DNA from: Octopus bimaculoides
Taxonomy: Eukaryota
Assembly: GCF_001194135.2 (NCBI RefSeq)
Contig: NC_068985.1
Location: 11,373,621 to 11,437,620 of the forward strand
Reading direction: 5' to 3'
Length of the DNA: 64,000 nucleotides
The position numbers and the translations under genes are program-made. The notes beneath the pieces were generated by a model, which saw only the letters and a program-made list of their open reading frames with translations, did no database searches and was not told the origin of the DNA. Position 1 is the first letter of the stretch. Every line of letters starts with the position of its first letter. Shown here piece after piece: positions 13,467 through 26,533 of this stretch.

Positions 13467-13515
<49 letters not shown>

Positions 13516-14389
13516 NNNNNNNNNNNNNNNNNNNNNNNNNNNNNNNNNNNNNNNNNNNNNNNNNNNNNNNNNNNNNNNNNNNNNNNNNNNNNNNNNNNNN
13601 NNNNNNNNNNNNNNNNNNNNNNNNNNNNNNTATATATATATATATATATATGTAGATATACACACACCAACATATGTATCTATCTAGGCAATTTAAATAT
13701 ATGCATGTATAAACGTACGCCATTTATGCACACTAAGTAACGATAAGTACGCATGTATGTATGTATGTATGTATGTATGCAGAACACAAATTTTGGCGAA
13801 ATTGTTACGTAGGAATTTTTCGACATTGATTTCTAAACCCCACTTTCGATCAGTGCTCCGTAAGATACTGTAAAATAGTTGGTTCCCTATGTATGACGAA
13901 TTAGAGTATGAATATTTTCTTTACAATTAATGTACTTTGATAATTGTATTCAAACGTATGTGTGTATGTATCTATTTAACTGTATTAAATATATACGTAT
14001 GTTTGTGGGCATCTACATTTATTAGTTTGACTGTGTTTAAATGGATATTGTAAATGTGTGTGTATATATGCTCGTAACTATGTATGTATATATGTATGTA
14101 TGTATCTATCTATGTATCTACCAATCTATCCATATATATATATATAGATAGATTCGTGTATTTCTCTGTGTTTGTGTATGTGTGTGTGTGTACATATACA
14201 GAGAGATAGATAGATATTCATGTATGCATGTGAATCTTTCTCTCCATTTCTCTGTCTTACTATCAGCGTCACACGTTTCAGAAATGTATATGTTCCCTTA
14301 TATGTGTTACTTTGCTCCGCCTGGACGTGTGTTTTGTGAATAATACTAGATATGGCTATTTCAGGAAGAATAAGCTATTACAAAGCGCG

Positions 14390-14428
<39 letters not shown>

Positions 14429-16602
14429 AGAGAATTAAAATCTGTCGATTCTTTATACGGTTGAAACAAGTTGGTCACTATGAACAACTGGTCTTTCTAT
14501 TCCTTCAATAAATTATATATGCTTTACACAAGTTCCGCGTAGAAGCCGTATTACGTATTATACTAGTAACAATTATCCATAACTATAGAAATGTGCTCCC
14601 GTCGATATGTTTGTTAGACAATACAGTAGGCAGGTAGTTACATATTATTTATATAACACTTTTATTTGGGGGGATTATTCAAATAGTATACTCCGATTTA
14701 TACATTTTTGAAAATCGTTGCCATAATTTAAAATTGAGGCTGATGCTCGATAGATTTTACAGCACATAACGTTGACTAATACAAAGCGGTGAAAAGTGTA
14801 ATAAACGCGTGTTTATATATGAGTCTGTGTGTATATATTCATGTACATGTCAGCGTCAGCGTTGTGTATATATGTATATGTAAACAAATGTGTCTGTACA
14901 GTGCCATTCAAATTTGACCCCGTTATACATCTAGGTGGAAAATTTTAACGATTCACTCCCATCACGGACTAATACAATTAATAGAAACAAATGACTGACC
15001 TTTCATTAGTGGAGTTAGTTGTCAATAAGAGATCAGATTTGTTCTTCTCATTAAATAGCAGAAGTACCTCATCAGGTGCGCGATCTTCGTACGATTTCCA
15101 AGAAAAGCGATACAAGATATCGAAAACTTATGAACTGAAAATATTTCAAAAATGATTTTTCTATTCATTTATAAGTATCAAAATCTCCACATATTTTACT
15201 GAAAGTTATTAGTTGATAAAATTGTCTGCAGTATTCATCTGGTACACATTAACCAGAGAGGACGCGTCAGTCTTATAGTAAACCTTACCGAGATCTGAAA
15301 TTTCGATGTATAAGACCGCATCTACATAGATATATACACGCATGTATACAAACACATATATGTATATAAGTATGTATGCATGTACGCACATATATATATA
15401 CATACATATATACACATACATATATACATATATATTTCTGTAAGTATGTATGTGTGTGTGTACGTATGTGTTTGTTTTTGTATTTATCCTTGGATCTTGC
15501 AGAATATGCTCCGGGATATTACACATTGGCTATTTATATCCATTGCATATATTATTATAATTTCAACTGAAAATGGTCTTCAGTTTTGGATCTTCGTTTT
15601 CATGAGTGTGTATGTGTGAATGATGACAATGTGCTTGCATCGTTGAGTGTGTGTGAGAGTGTGTGTTTGTGTTTGTGTGTGGGTGTCCATTCTTTCGTTC
15701 TCTAATTCATTATCACCGCCAAATCAATGCGAAGTCCATGTGATTTTGTTTTTCACATACAAACACTAAGAAAAACAAGCATCCTAACCAAAGAGAGAAA
15801 GGCAGAGGGATAGTAACAATGGAGATGCGTTTGTTCTCCTACCCTTTCTCCTCCGCTCACCCATCACCTCTTTCTCTCTTTCACACTCCCCCTCTCTCTC
15901 TCTTTGTTCTTCCTTTACCCTCGCGTGCTATCTGTTCCTCTCCCTCTCCACGATGTAATTTTTTCACATACAGTTTCTACTCTCGCTCTGTCCCACTCTT
16001 TCCCTCTGCTTTATAGTATAGAAGCTGAATCGAAGTCTCAGACTTATGAGTCATCGGAACCGGGAGATAAATAACGTAAAACTCGATGCTGCGATTGACC
16101 AGAATGCAGATTGTTAAAGATCTCTTTAACCTTTTATGGAAATTAACCGATAAAATGTATGCAACATTTTAATATTTAAATTATGCTGATTTTAACTGAA
16201 ACAGCTCATGCTGTACAATTTCTACTTCGGTGAGGCTGATAAAAAAAACTTTTGGCAGGCCAGTTGTTTGTTATGCTGTCATAACTGTTTAGCCCTAGGT
16301 TACTCCCGATGGAGTAGGCAGTTCCAATATCGAAGCCATGTTTTTAGATCTCGTATAACTCTATCTTCGGATATGAGAAATGTTCATGCGACTAAAATGT
16401 GTAATCGAGTTTTAATATATACAAAGACAGATTTGGAGAAATTGAGGTAAATTTGACTGCTCTTTTCAGCAGTTCTAACCGCCATATCTACTCCAAGGAT
16501 CGTTTTAGCGCATATATGCATGTATGTATATATGTATGTATTTATGCGTGTGTCGATTTAAGTATGAACGTATGTATGTAGGTATGTAAGTATGTATGTA
16601 TG

Positions 16603-16652
<50 letters not shown>

Positions 16653-16654
<2 letters not shown>

Positions 16655-17036
16655 CACAGGAGTGGCTGTGTAGTAGGCAGCTTGCCTGCCATCCACATGG
16701 TTCCGGGTTCATTTCCACTGCGTGGCACCTAGAACAAGTGTCTTCTATTATAGCCTCGGGCCAACCAAAGCCTTATGAGTGGATTTGGTTGACGGAAACT
16801 GAAGTCCATTGTGTTTATAAGTATATATGCGTGTGTGTATATATTGGTGTGTCTGTATTTGCCCCCCCCCTATCGCTTGACAACCTATGTTGGCGTCTTA
16901 ATGTCCCCGTAACTTTAGCGGCTCGGCATAAGTCACCGATGGAATAAAGTACTAGGCTTACAAAGAATACGTCTCGGGGTCGATTGATTAGTTCGACTAA
17001 AAGGCGGTGCTCCAGCATGATTGAAGCAAGTAAAAA
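16653..17036 (+). mobile_element. SINE family F1, near full length, after (TA)n
   Basis: GGCACAGGAGTGGCTGTGTAGT head with B-box GGTTCATTTCC, short TA/TG tract, tail to GAAGCAAGTAAAAAT. Confidence 0.9.
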
Positions 17037-18528
17037 TAATAATAAATGTATATATTGCTTTCAAACAATTTTGCCAGACACCAGTTCTAAGAATGACAGC
17101 TATAATAAATTCCATTCTACTCAGATACGAGAACAGCGCGAATGTCAGGACGTGACATATACTCATCTCTTATAAGTACTCGGTTGAAATTGCTCAGAGC
17201 CATTGTTTTATCCGTTGAATATAGCGTATGTTTCAGTTTTAAAGCTAAGAAAACCTGCCGTTGAAACACGTAAATTTTACATTGTCAGGAAGTTCCTGAT
17301 AGTCTTCGCTGGCAAAATGAAATGTTTCATTGTTAATTTCCAGTATAAGCGATACCAATTTCTTATTTTGCCACCTTGTGAAAAGAACTGAAATATTAAG
17401 CTCTCCACATATCGTTGAACTTAATAATGCATGAGCTGATGTAACAAAATATGATAGTGACTCAAAAACAGTAACATGCGAATCCTTGCAAATATTATAT
17501 ACGGTTTTCGAAGACGAATCATTTCATTGACTGTAGAATATCAATCAAGCAAAAAGTGAATTAAAAAAGACGCAAGTTATCTACAAATGTTGACGGAGAT
17601 ACAACGACGGTACATTTTCATATTCACCTATTTGAGATATAGTGTCTAACGCATTAATGAATAATCTCTGAGCGCACACACATACACACACACACACACA
17701 CATCCAATCCTTTCTATGACTGTCGCATAATTTATAGAACATCTCAGATTCAGTGGACTATTCGAAAGCGACAATAAACAGAGTCACATGTGCCATAGGC
17801 TTTAATTAATGGTAGATATTGTAAAGTTGTACGCTTTTCAATAAATGATTCAGAAGTATCATCACTGAAGCCTTCTACCTACGGCAAACGTGGAATACAC
17901 AAATAACGATGGACAGTGCAAAAATGTACTTTGTGATTAAGAGAAGGAAGAACAAAATGGTTTTAATGCATTTTATTCACTGAGTGGAATCTGTATTATT
18001 CAGGCAGGATGTCAATTTTCTTGGGAAGAATGAATAAAATAATTAAATTGACTCGGGCATTATGCGTTCATTTTATCTATTCTAGAACGATGAAAGAGAA
18101 ACAGTGCCCTCAAGTTAGTAAACTTAGTAAATTCACCCAATCGGTGGGATTGTATGACTGCATGACATTCATAACCTGTTGCAGATCACTAGCGAAATAA
18201 ATGAAGAAAGATAACTGTTACTAAGTAATTAAATAGATTCGTGAATATATGTCGTACCTGGGCGAGCATTGGGTTGATTAAAGACTGAAATGAATGTTAT
18301 GAATTTATCATATCTTTGATATATTGAATATCGTTAGTTCATCCAGTATTATTAATGTAAATAGGACCATTGCTTCGAATCCATTTGGAGATAATTTGGG
18401 CTCCAACAGAAAAACAAAAGAGCAAAATATAAAATATAGAATATAAAATATAATTTAATTCCTACGCTATTTATGTTACAGGAAAAAAAAATGAAATTCT
18501 TTTTCCAATTAAACTAATTATATTTATT

Positions 18529-18958
18529 CTTTTCTATTCTAGGCACAAGGCCCGAAATTTCGGAGAAGGGGTCAGGCGATTAGATCGACCCCAGTACACA
18601 ACTGGTGCTTAATTTATCGACCTCGAAAGGATGAAAGACAAAGTCGACCTCGGAAGAATTAGAGCTCAGAACATAAGACAGACGAAATACCGCTAAGCAT
18701 TTCGCCCGGACTGCTAACGTTTCTTATGTCTTTATTGCCCAAAAGGGGGCTAAACATAGAGGGGACAAACAAGGACAGACAAAGGGATTAAGTCGATTAC
18801 ATCGACTCCAGTGCGTAACTGGTACTTATTTAATCGACCCCGAACGGATGAAAGGCAAAGTCGACCTCGACGGAATTTGAACTCAGAACGTAAAGCCAGA
18901 CGAAATACTGCTAAGCATTTCGTCCGGCGTGCCAACGTTTCTGCCAGCTCGCCGCCTT
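18529..18958 (-). mobile_element. SINE family F2, tandem/dimer (tail-B monomer fused to a 5'-clipped tail-A monomer)
   Basis: Two copies of the GTCGACTTTG.CTTTCATCC body on the minus strand; the junction reads GGGCAATAAAGACATAAGAAACGTTAGC. Confidence 0.85.
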
Positions 18959-19178
18959 AAATAAATTTATTCTAATCAGTGAATTTGTCCTACTGATCAT
19001 TACAGTATTTAGACTAAATGTTGTTTATTTTTCTTTCCTGTACAATTTCATAACAGCTGACATTACATACGATGTTTTCCTTCGAAAGATATACACCTAT
19101 GCATAATTTCAGCTTTGTAATTGCAAAACTAACGTCTATAGATGGATCACCCATTCACCGATCTCTCCATTAATAAAC

Positions 19179-19210
<32 letters not shown>

Positions 19211-19606
19211 CTTGCATACATACATGTACAAATCCAAACCTACTTATGAACAACTATGTATACAAAAGCAGACGTATCTTTCTTGTTGAATTCTGCAATA
19301 ATCAGACAAAGGAGATCATAAATTTTGCATGGAATTCAGGCGACTCCGGGGTCTTATGACTGACGCGCTTTCTAATAAGTATCCCTTCACATCATGGGGG
19401 TGCTTGGAGGATGACACACTCCTCTCATAGAATGTTGTGACATAGTAATCCCGGGACACTGATTTCAAATCTCGCCGAAGTCAGCATTATCTTTTTTTTA
19501 ATATTTTATATTTCCGTGGACAATAAAAACTGGACCAGTGAAGCAATGTTGTCGATCCTTCTTCTCTGGCACCTTGTACTCTTCGATCACTCAGTATTGA
19601 ACGTAA

Positions 19607-19659
<53 letters not shown>

Positions 19660-20242
19660 CTAAATGAGAGGGAGGAGTACTGCATTATGAATATGGTCAT
19701 CACTTTATAAGCTGGTAAAATGTGATTTGAAAGAGTTTGGCTGCTATTTCTAACAAGATAAATAACTGCATATAAGTCTCTCATTAACAATCGCATAAAG
19801 TACATGACCCTCTTAGACAATAAATGTCTGGTTTCTAAACCTGAATAACTTAACAATAATTGAACGAGATATATCTTAAGTTTTGTATTAAAAACCAAAT
19901 TAAAAAATAGTGGATAATCATTAAGTATTATACATTTAATTTCCCAATTCAATTTTTCTACTAGTTTTAATAATAACCTATGAACGAGGACTCTGAACTC
20001 CCGATAGAATGAAGGTGTTATTCTAAATAACATTATTACACTCTGTCACCATTTCTCCAAGATATAGATAAGAAATTACAAAAGACGCAGTAGCAACAAA
20101 CATATGCGTGGGTTTCACTAAAGATTCTGCAAAATTCTTTAAACTTTTCTTATATTTTTAATCATTGTGAAGATGTTTATAATTAATCTACAAGCTTATT
20201 TCAATTAGTACATCAAGAGAAAGGAGAGTGTGAAAATGTGTA

Positions 20243-20301
<59 letters not shown>

Positions 20302-20782
20302 GTGTGGGTGTATGTATGTCTGTGTATGTATAGTTTGATTTATGAAGATTTGAAGTTGATACAAACAACTTAGTGTTGTTTAAGAATATTCGTGATTCTC
20401 GATGTAAACATGTTATCGTAAACTTAAATATACATTGGTGTCTTAAAGTGCTTTGCCTTGGCTGAAATCCTACAATGGAGCAATATAAACGCAGTATTTA
20501 TTCAGACCCAAGTTTGCATTCATCAATGAGATGTATGACGAGACAATCGAGTCTCTTTGAAGAGAGTCTTGGAATATAGCATTCAACGTGTGCGATTTGA
20601 CTAGGATTTGAGGCAGATATCGTTTTTGTATTTCTTTCAGGACACGTGGTCACGTAGCAGCTCCCACATTGGCTCGTGAACTATAGCCTAATGTATTTCA
20701 GCTGCTGTGTACTCTTATTTTTTTTACTCTTTTAGTTGTTTCAGTCATTTGACTGCGGCCATAGATAATTGTATTTTATCTT

Positions 20783-21169
20783 TTTCTGCTATCTTTTACT
20801 TGATTTCAGTCCTTAAACTGCGACCATGCTGGGGCACTACCTTGAAAGTTTTATTTGAACAAATTAGCCCCCAAACTGTTTTTTTTTTCTCAATAATAAG
20901 CACGTATGGTACTTGTTCAACCAGTTGCTTCCTACCGAATCACTAATTTTACAGGGACGTAAACAAACCAGCACTGGTTGTCATGCGGTGATGGAAGACA
21001 AACAAAAACACAAGGACACACACACACAAACTGGGTGGCCTTCTTTCAATTTCCGTCTACTAATTCAACTTATAAAACTTTACCTGGCCCTGTGCTGTGA
21101 TATAAGACACTAAACTCAGAACTACGTTGTTGCAAGCAAACGTCTTACCACACAGCCACTCCTGTGCCT
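20783..21169 (-). mobile_element. SINE family F1, older diverged copy (plus an extra tail stub at about 20720-20760)
   Basis: Tail, AC tract and head ending TTACCACACAGCCACTCCTGTGCC all recognisable. Confidence 0.75.
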
Positions 21170-21764
21170 ACATCGAACTTTATCAAACTTTAATATATTT
21201 GATTCTGATGTGTTTACATTAAATTCAGATATTGTTTCCCAAGCATTAACCCATAACTAAAAATATTAAAGGGAGAGTTTAGTCGATTAAATCGAACCAA
21301 GTTGTACCCAGTTATTAGAAATGCCATTTACATCGTAAGAATTTGCAAAAAACGATGTCCAATATTTCAGCCTGACAGTCATAACATTTCTAACTTGGGA
21401 TGTAATCCATTGAGAGTGAAACTATTGCAAGCATGTCAGTAGTGAGACTCTGGGATGTTTTAAGCGATACATGGACATCGGACAATAATTTATCCTTACG
21501 ATTATCGAAAATATTCATGTAAATTTAAAGTTCTTGCATACTCGAAAGTTGAACTCCGTTAACAAGAACATTATAGCCATTAATATTTCGACATACCCGC
21601 TTAAAATATCTTGGAAATCACGAGGTGAAGTCGCTTAAATTCACCCATATACTTGACCAGTTCACATTTCACTATTCCAGGAGAGATCCAGGACAAATTT
21701 CATTCTGATGTAATTTTAATTGAGAATATATTTAAGTGTGTTTTTGTTTTCTTTATTGGTTTCC

Positions 21765-21968
21765 AATTATGGCACAAGGCCAGCAATTACGGAGAAAGGA
21801 CAAGTCGATTACATCGACCCCAGTGTTCAACTGGTACTTATTTTATCGACCTCGAATGGATGAATGGCAAAGTCAACCTCGACAGAATTTGAAATCAGAA
21901 CATAAGACGGATGAAATGCCGCTAAGCAATTTGTCTTGCCTGCTAACTATTCTTCCAACTCACCGCTA
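21765..21968 (-). mobile_element. SINE family F2, older diverged copy
   Basis: GGCACAAGGCC...GTCGATTACATCGACCCCAGT...GGCAAAGTCAACCTC...GCTAAGCA. Confidence 0.8.
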
Positions 21969-24900
21969 CTTTATATATTGAATTATAATATCTACTACTT
22001 CTAAAAGTCTATGAAACCGTGTAAGGTTAACCTGGGAAGTTACACAAAATCTCACCACAAAAATATAGCACTTATCTTCATATAATTACGAATAGAGCTT
22101 TTTTTTATGTGAGCACAAAGAATGAGAATACAACTTGACGTAGAATATAACACTTGAATGAAATGCAGATATTTTCAGTCACGTCGTAGATGGTAATATG
22201 ATATTATATAAGGATTTCGATAAATATGAAATTGATACACCACAAAACCATGTTACTTATTGAAAAATAACATTTTACGTATATAGAAGCAATAGTAAGT
22301 TTTCTGAAATTGTTCGTTATCTCTTGAATGACTTCGTTGGGTTGCATTTCTGCTTAAATTAAATAACGTATACTCAGATTTATAGGACAAGGGTGTTGAA
22401 TTTATGGCAAAATATATCTCCTTATTTATTAACGCAAATATTGATTCAGTAATATTTAAGACATCCTTATTTTTTGTTCTTTTATGGGATCGCTTTTGGG
22501 TTTGGGAAAGAGAAAAGAAGAAATAGAACGTGAATATGTATGAATGAGTAAATGGTATGAATTTTTTTTTTATCGCTATATTATATCGGAAATAAAGAAA
22601 ATGTCGAAAAGAGAAGAAGACTTGGCACAAGCTGCTTCCGCATAAAGAAAATCAGTCAAATATTTATACTACTGAATCAGGTGGTAATGTTAAACTATGT
22701 GACAGGCACTTTCACCATTGATGCAACGGCTCAGTTGTAGAAACGGCTGCTCCGGCACTTATCTGAGTAGATCAAGAAGTGTAAAATGAAGTAGCTCGCA
22801 GAGAGACCCAACCGTAGTCCTATTCTAGAAATTGAAACTATGGAATTAAGATTGATAGCCCAACGCGATAATTGTTAGCTGGGCGTCTTTACGTTATATA
22901 AAGATTGGTTACAGATAATAATGCTGTAATGCTAATATACTCCAAATCGTGTTCCGCTTTACTTAATGTCGGAAACTACAGGTGGGAGGAGACTTGGATT
23001 TTCTTGTATTATATTAAACCTATGCAAGTCGACACAAATTTCTAGTCTATGTTCTTCAGTGATTCATTAACTTCAGAGAGATGAAGGGCAACGTTGATGT
23101 AAGCAGAAGCAATCTCAGAACATAAATACAGGAACAATTATTGCAAAACATTTGTCTTTCAATACTGCGCTGATTCCTGCAATCTATTGTCTGCAATGAT
23201 AAACGATTATATAACCATACGCTCATTGGAGGTAGCCGATATGGAATGACACACACACACACATAATTCACTTCCATTCTCAAATTGCAAAATAATAATA
23301 TTAGATTCGTACATGAAACCAACAAAACAAGTTCTACTGTCAGTTATTTTTTGAACATCTATAAATGTCCAGATCTTATGCTATTCAATCCTTGGAACGG
23401 TAACTAAAGAATTTACAGATATATTCCAAAAATGTTAACAGATCAGAATTTAAGCCAAAACATACAATATATAAACAACTTTAAGAAAAATGAAAAGAAG
23501 CACAACTAGAAAGCAAAAAAGAATAGAATGTGTAACAATAAAGAAAACGGTTCGCAAAAGAATCTGAAATAATAAAATCATAAGCGATATCTGCAGAAAC
23601 AATAAGAAGGGAGAGAAAAATATTAAGTATAAAAAGAAAACTCGATGAAAAAATATAACAAAGAAAAAATCAGGAAGCATAAGCTAATGGTTTGATGGTG
23701 GGTGTGGGGCCGGGAAATTATTTCGCCAGAAAACACAAGAAGAGTGTGAATTGGTTACTATAAACAAATTTAAGTATAAAAACAATAGTTGATATGTGTG
23801 TGTAGGGGTAGATGTTTTGAGATATACATAGCCGATAGGGAGACTGGGAGTGGAGCTGGTTATATTTAAATATTTAGGAAGATGAGAGTGAGTGTGTATG
23901 TGAGCGGACGTATATATATATATATGTGTGTGTGTGTATACGTACACACACACACACACACATCTATATATATATAGATAGATAGATAAATGCAAATACT
24001 AAATATATTCAGAAGATAAACACATATGTACACGCATATAGATATTTATATATATATTGACAAATAAATCTAGATTTACATGAAGTATAAAAATATATAC
24101 ACACGTCTGTATATGTTTATCTCATACAATAATAAGTGTGTATGTGTTTGCGTGCGCGCGCGCGTGTGTATTACATATGTTAGTGTGTGTATGTGTGTAT
24201 ATACTCTGTATTTGACTATGTGTTTGCACCGTGATCATACAATCCTTAGCTCACAAAATATACATGCGATTGCCCCAGAAGCTGATTGTATCATAAACAT
24301 TTTGATGTGTCGGACAGTTTTTCTTTACATTTATTTATTTATTTGATCGTATTTCTTCTTTCGCTATTTCTCCCAACCAAAATCTCCTCTAATTTATGAA
24401 AAGAGGGAACAAAAACATCGTCGTTTGTACGACACAGTTTATTGTATAGCATTAACATCCCTATATTAATTCCTCATTAACATCCATTAAGAGAAATAAA
24501 TCTAGCAAACACTGAGCAATATCTATAAAGAAAGTAGGAATTCCTAAATTTTCTCTGAAATCGTGAAACTTCATTCCGGTAGGGTGCGGGGCAATTGCTT
24601 TTCAGGATAAAGATTGCGGATGTGGACAGTCAGAATAGAAAAAAACACATGAACAAATAAATGAAGGAAAACATATAAAACGACTTTGTTATAGATTCTA
24701 ACCTGAAAAAAGCGGGAGTATTGTGTAATACTGCTCCCATTCATTGCATGCAAGGATAACAGGATAGAGAACGTGTTGTTGCAATTGTGGTGGTTGTATT
24801 TGCTGCTGGTTTTGTTCGTTAGTCTCAGATCAGAACTTAACGGATACATGTATAGTTAAAGGTATTGCCATCGTGAACTTTCTCTTTTTAGCCTGTTATG

Positions 24901-26213
24901 TATGCAAGACTACATTACAAATTGTCTATTTCCTTTGTTTTTAAATGAAAATGAAAAAGCAAGATGTCGGTGTATAGGAACCATTTGCGAATCTCCGAGG
25001 CAATGATTGAAAGCAGCCAAGTGAGTTATTCTTATATCTTTGAAACAGGGGACACTGTTGAGAATGCACATAATTCTTCCGAGTTCGCAGTAAAACAGAT
25101 GACAATTGACCATCGAAGTACAGAAACAAAGCTTTCGACGATTTTCCGCCATAGATTCCGTCATTCAAATTTTACTCATGATATTTGAGTCAAACTAATG
25201 CTGTGCATAGCAGACGATCACTCGAAGGATATCCCAAATTGAACGGACACAAAACCACACACCAAGGCCTTAAATCAGATATCTTGTTCTCATTTAATAA
25301 ACAGTTAAAATGATCCCAAGTAGGTCTTCATATGTTCTTTTTTTTTTGTTTTTTACATGTTCCGAGTATTTTAAGTTGTTACAAGATAGTATGATATAGT
25401 GGTCATCTTCCTTTAAATTAGGGAATGGTAAATATTTAAAATCCGCTGTGTAATGTCGCACTAAAATTCTATGCATGCGGAAATAAAACTTAAACGACAT
25501 GAATAGACATCTGAAATGGTATCAGAGTTCTGAATGTGTTAAATCATAGATCCTCTTGTGCTGATGTCAAACAGTATAAGAGAAGACAGCGACGTTAAGA
25601 TTAACAACAATAATTAACGATTATTTAATCACAGAACGCTGCGTGAGGAGACTAGATACTATAGGGACGAACCTTAGACCAATCATAATCACTGATAGCT
25701 AATTTAATGTAGTGCACCCGATATTGTAATCAATACTGCTTGTTGTCAAAGTATATCGTTAATTAATTATCTGTCTATATATACCTAAATGAAACGGAAA
25801 AGTGGAAAAGTAATCGAAAGTGTAAAGATCCAGAGCAGTGATGCTCAACAGGGATCCGCATAAACATTGGTGGAGGACCATATAATATATTGTTGCTGAA
25901 GTTTGTATTCAATAAATTTGTAATTTGCTACAATAAACAACATATTTTAACAATTTCTTTTATACAATTTCTAATTAGTCGTGGCTGGGGTCAGTCATAC
26001 TGCCTTAATATCTAACACACTCATCGGTTCAATTTCCAAGAATTGATGTTGTTTTTGCAACCTTGTCAATGGATATTGAGAGTCAACAATGAATTGAACT
26101 GGTGAGTGTGTTAGATATTGAGGCAGTGTTACCCTCCCTACACACAACAAAAATTTACATTATAATATACATTATTTACAGTTGACGGATATTTGTCCTC
26201 ATCTTGTTTGTTG

Positions 26214-26263
26214 TTAAAACAACGTTTCGGCTGATATACCCTCCAGCCTTGATCAGCTGTCTT
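26214..26263 (-). ncRNA. Minimal type-I hammerhead-like motif (core CTGATCA, one substitution)
   Basis: Minus strand: AAGACAG CTGATCA A GGCTG gagggtatat CAGCC GAAAC GTT GTTTT. Confidence 0.55.
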
Positions 26264-26334
26264 GAGGAAATTTCGAACATGGGTTCTCGTTCCTAAGGTA
26301 TTCTTCGATGTTGTTATTATTATTGTTATCATCA

Positions 26335-26378
<44 letters not shown>

Positions 26379-26487
26379 GTTGTTGTTGTTGTTATTCGAG
26401 TCACTGCTTGGAATCGAACGTGGAATCTTGGGGTTAGTAGCCCGCGTTCTTAACCACTACGCCATACGCCCGCGGACATTTCCCCAA

Positions 26488-26533
26488 GACACCTGAAGAA
26501 GGCTGGAGAGTACATCAGCCGGAACGTTGTGTT
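26488..26533 (+). ncRNA. Minimal type-I hammerhead-like motif (CTGAAGA intact; GAAA changed to GGAA)
   Basis: GACAC CTGAAGA A GGCTG gagagtacat CAGCC GGAAC GTT GTGTT; stems I and II can pair. Confidence 0.6.

Noticed and set aside
26395-26478. Stand-alone tRNA genes (here and at other SINE heads)
   Set aside because: A/B boxes are present but there is no convincing acceptor stem; all are parts of repeats.
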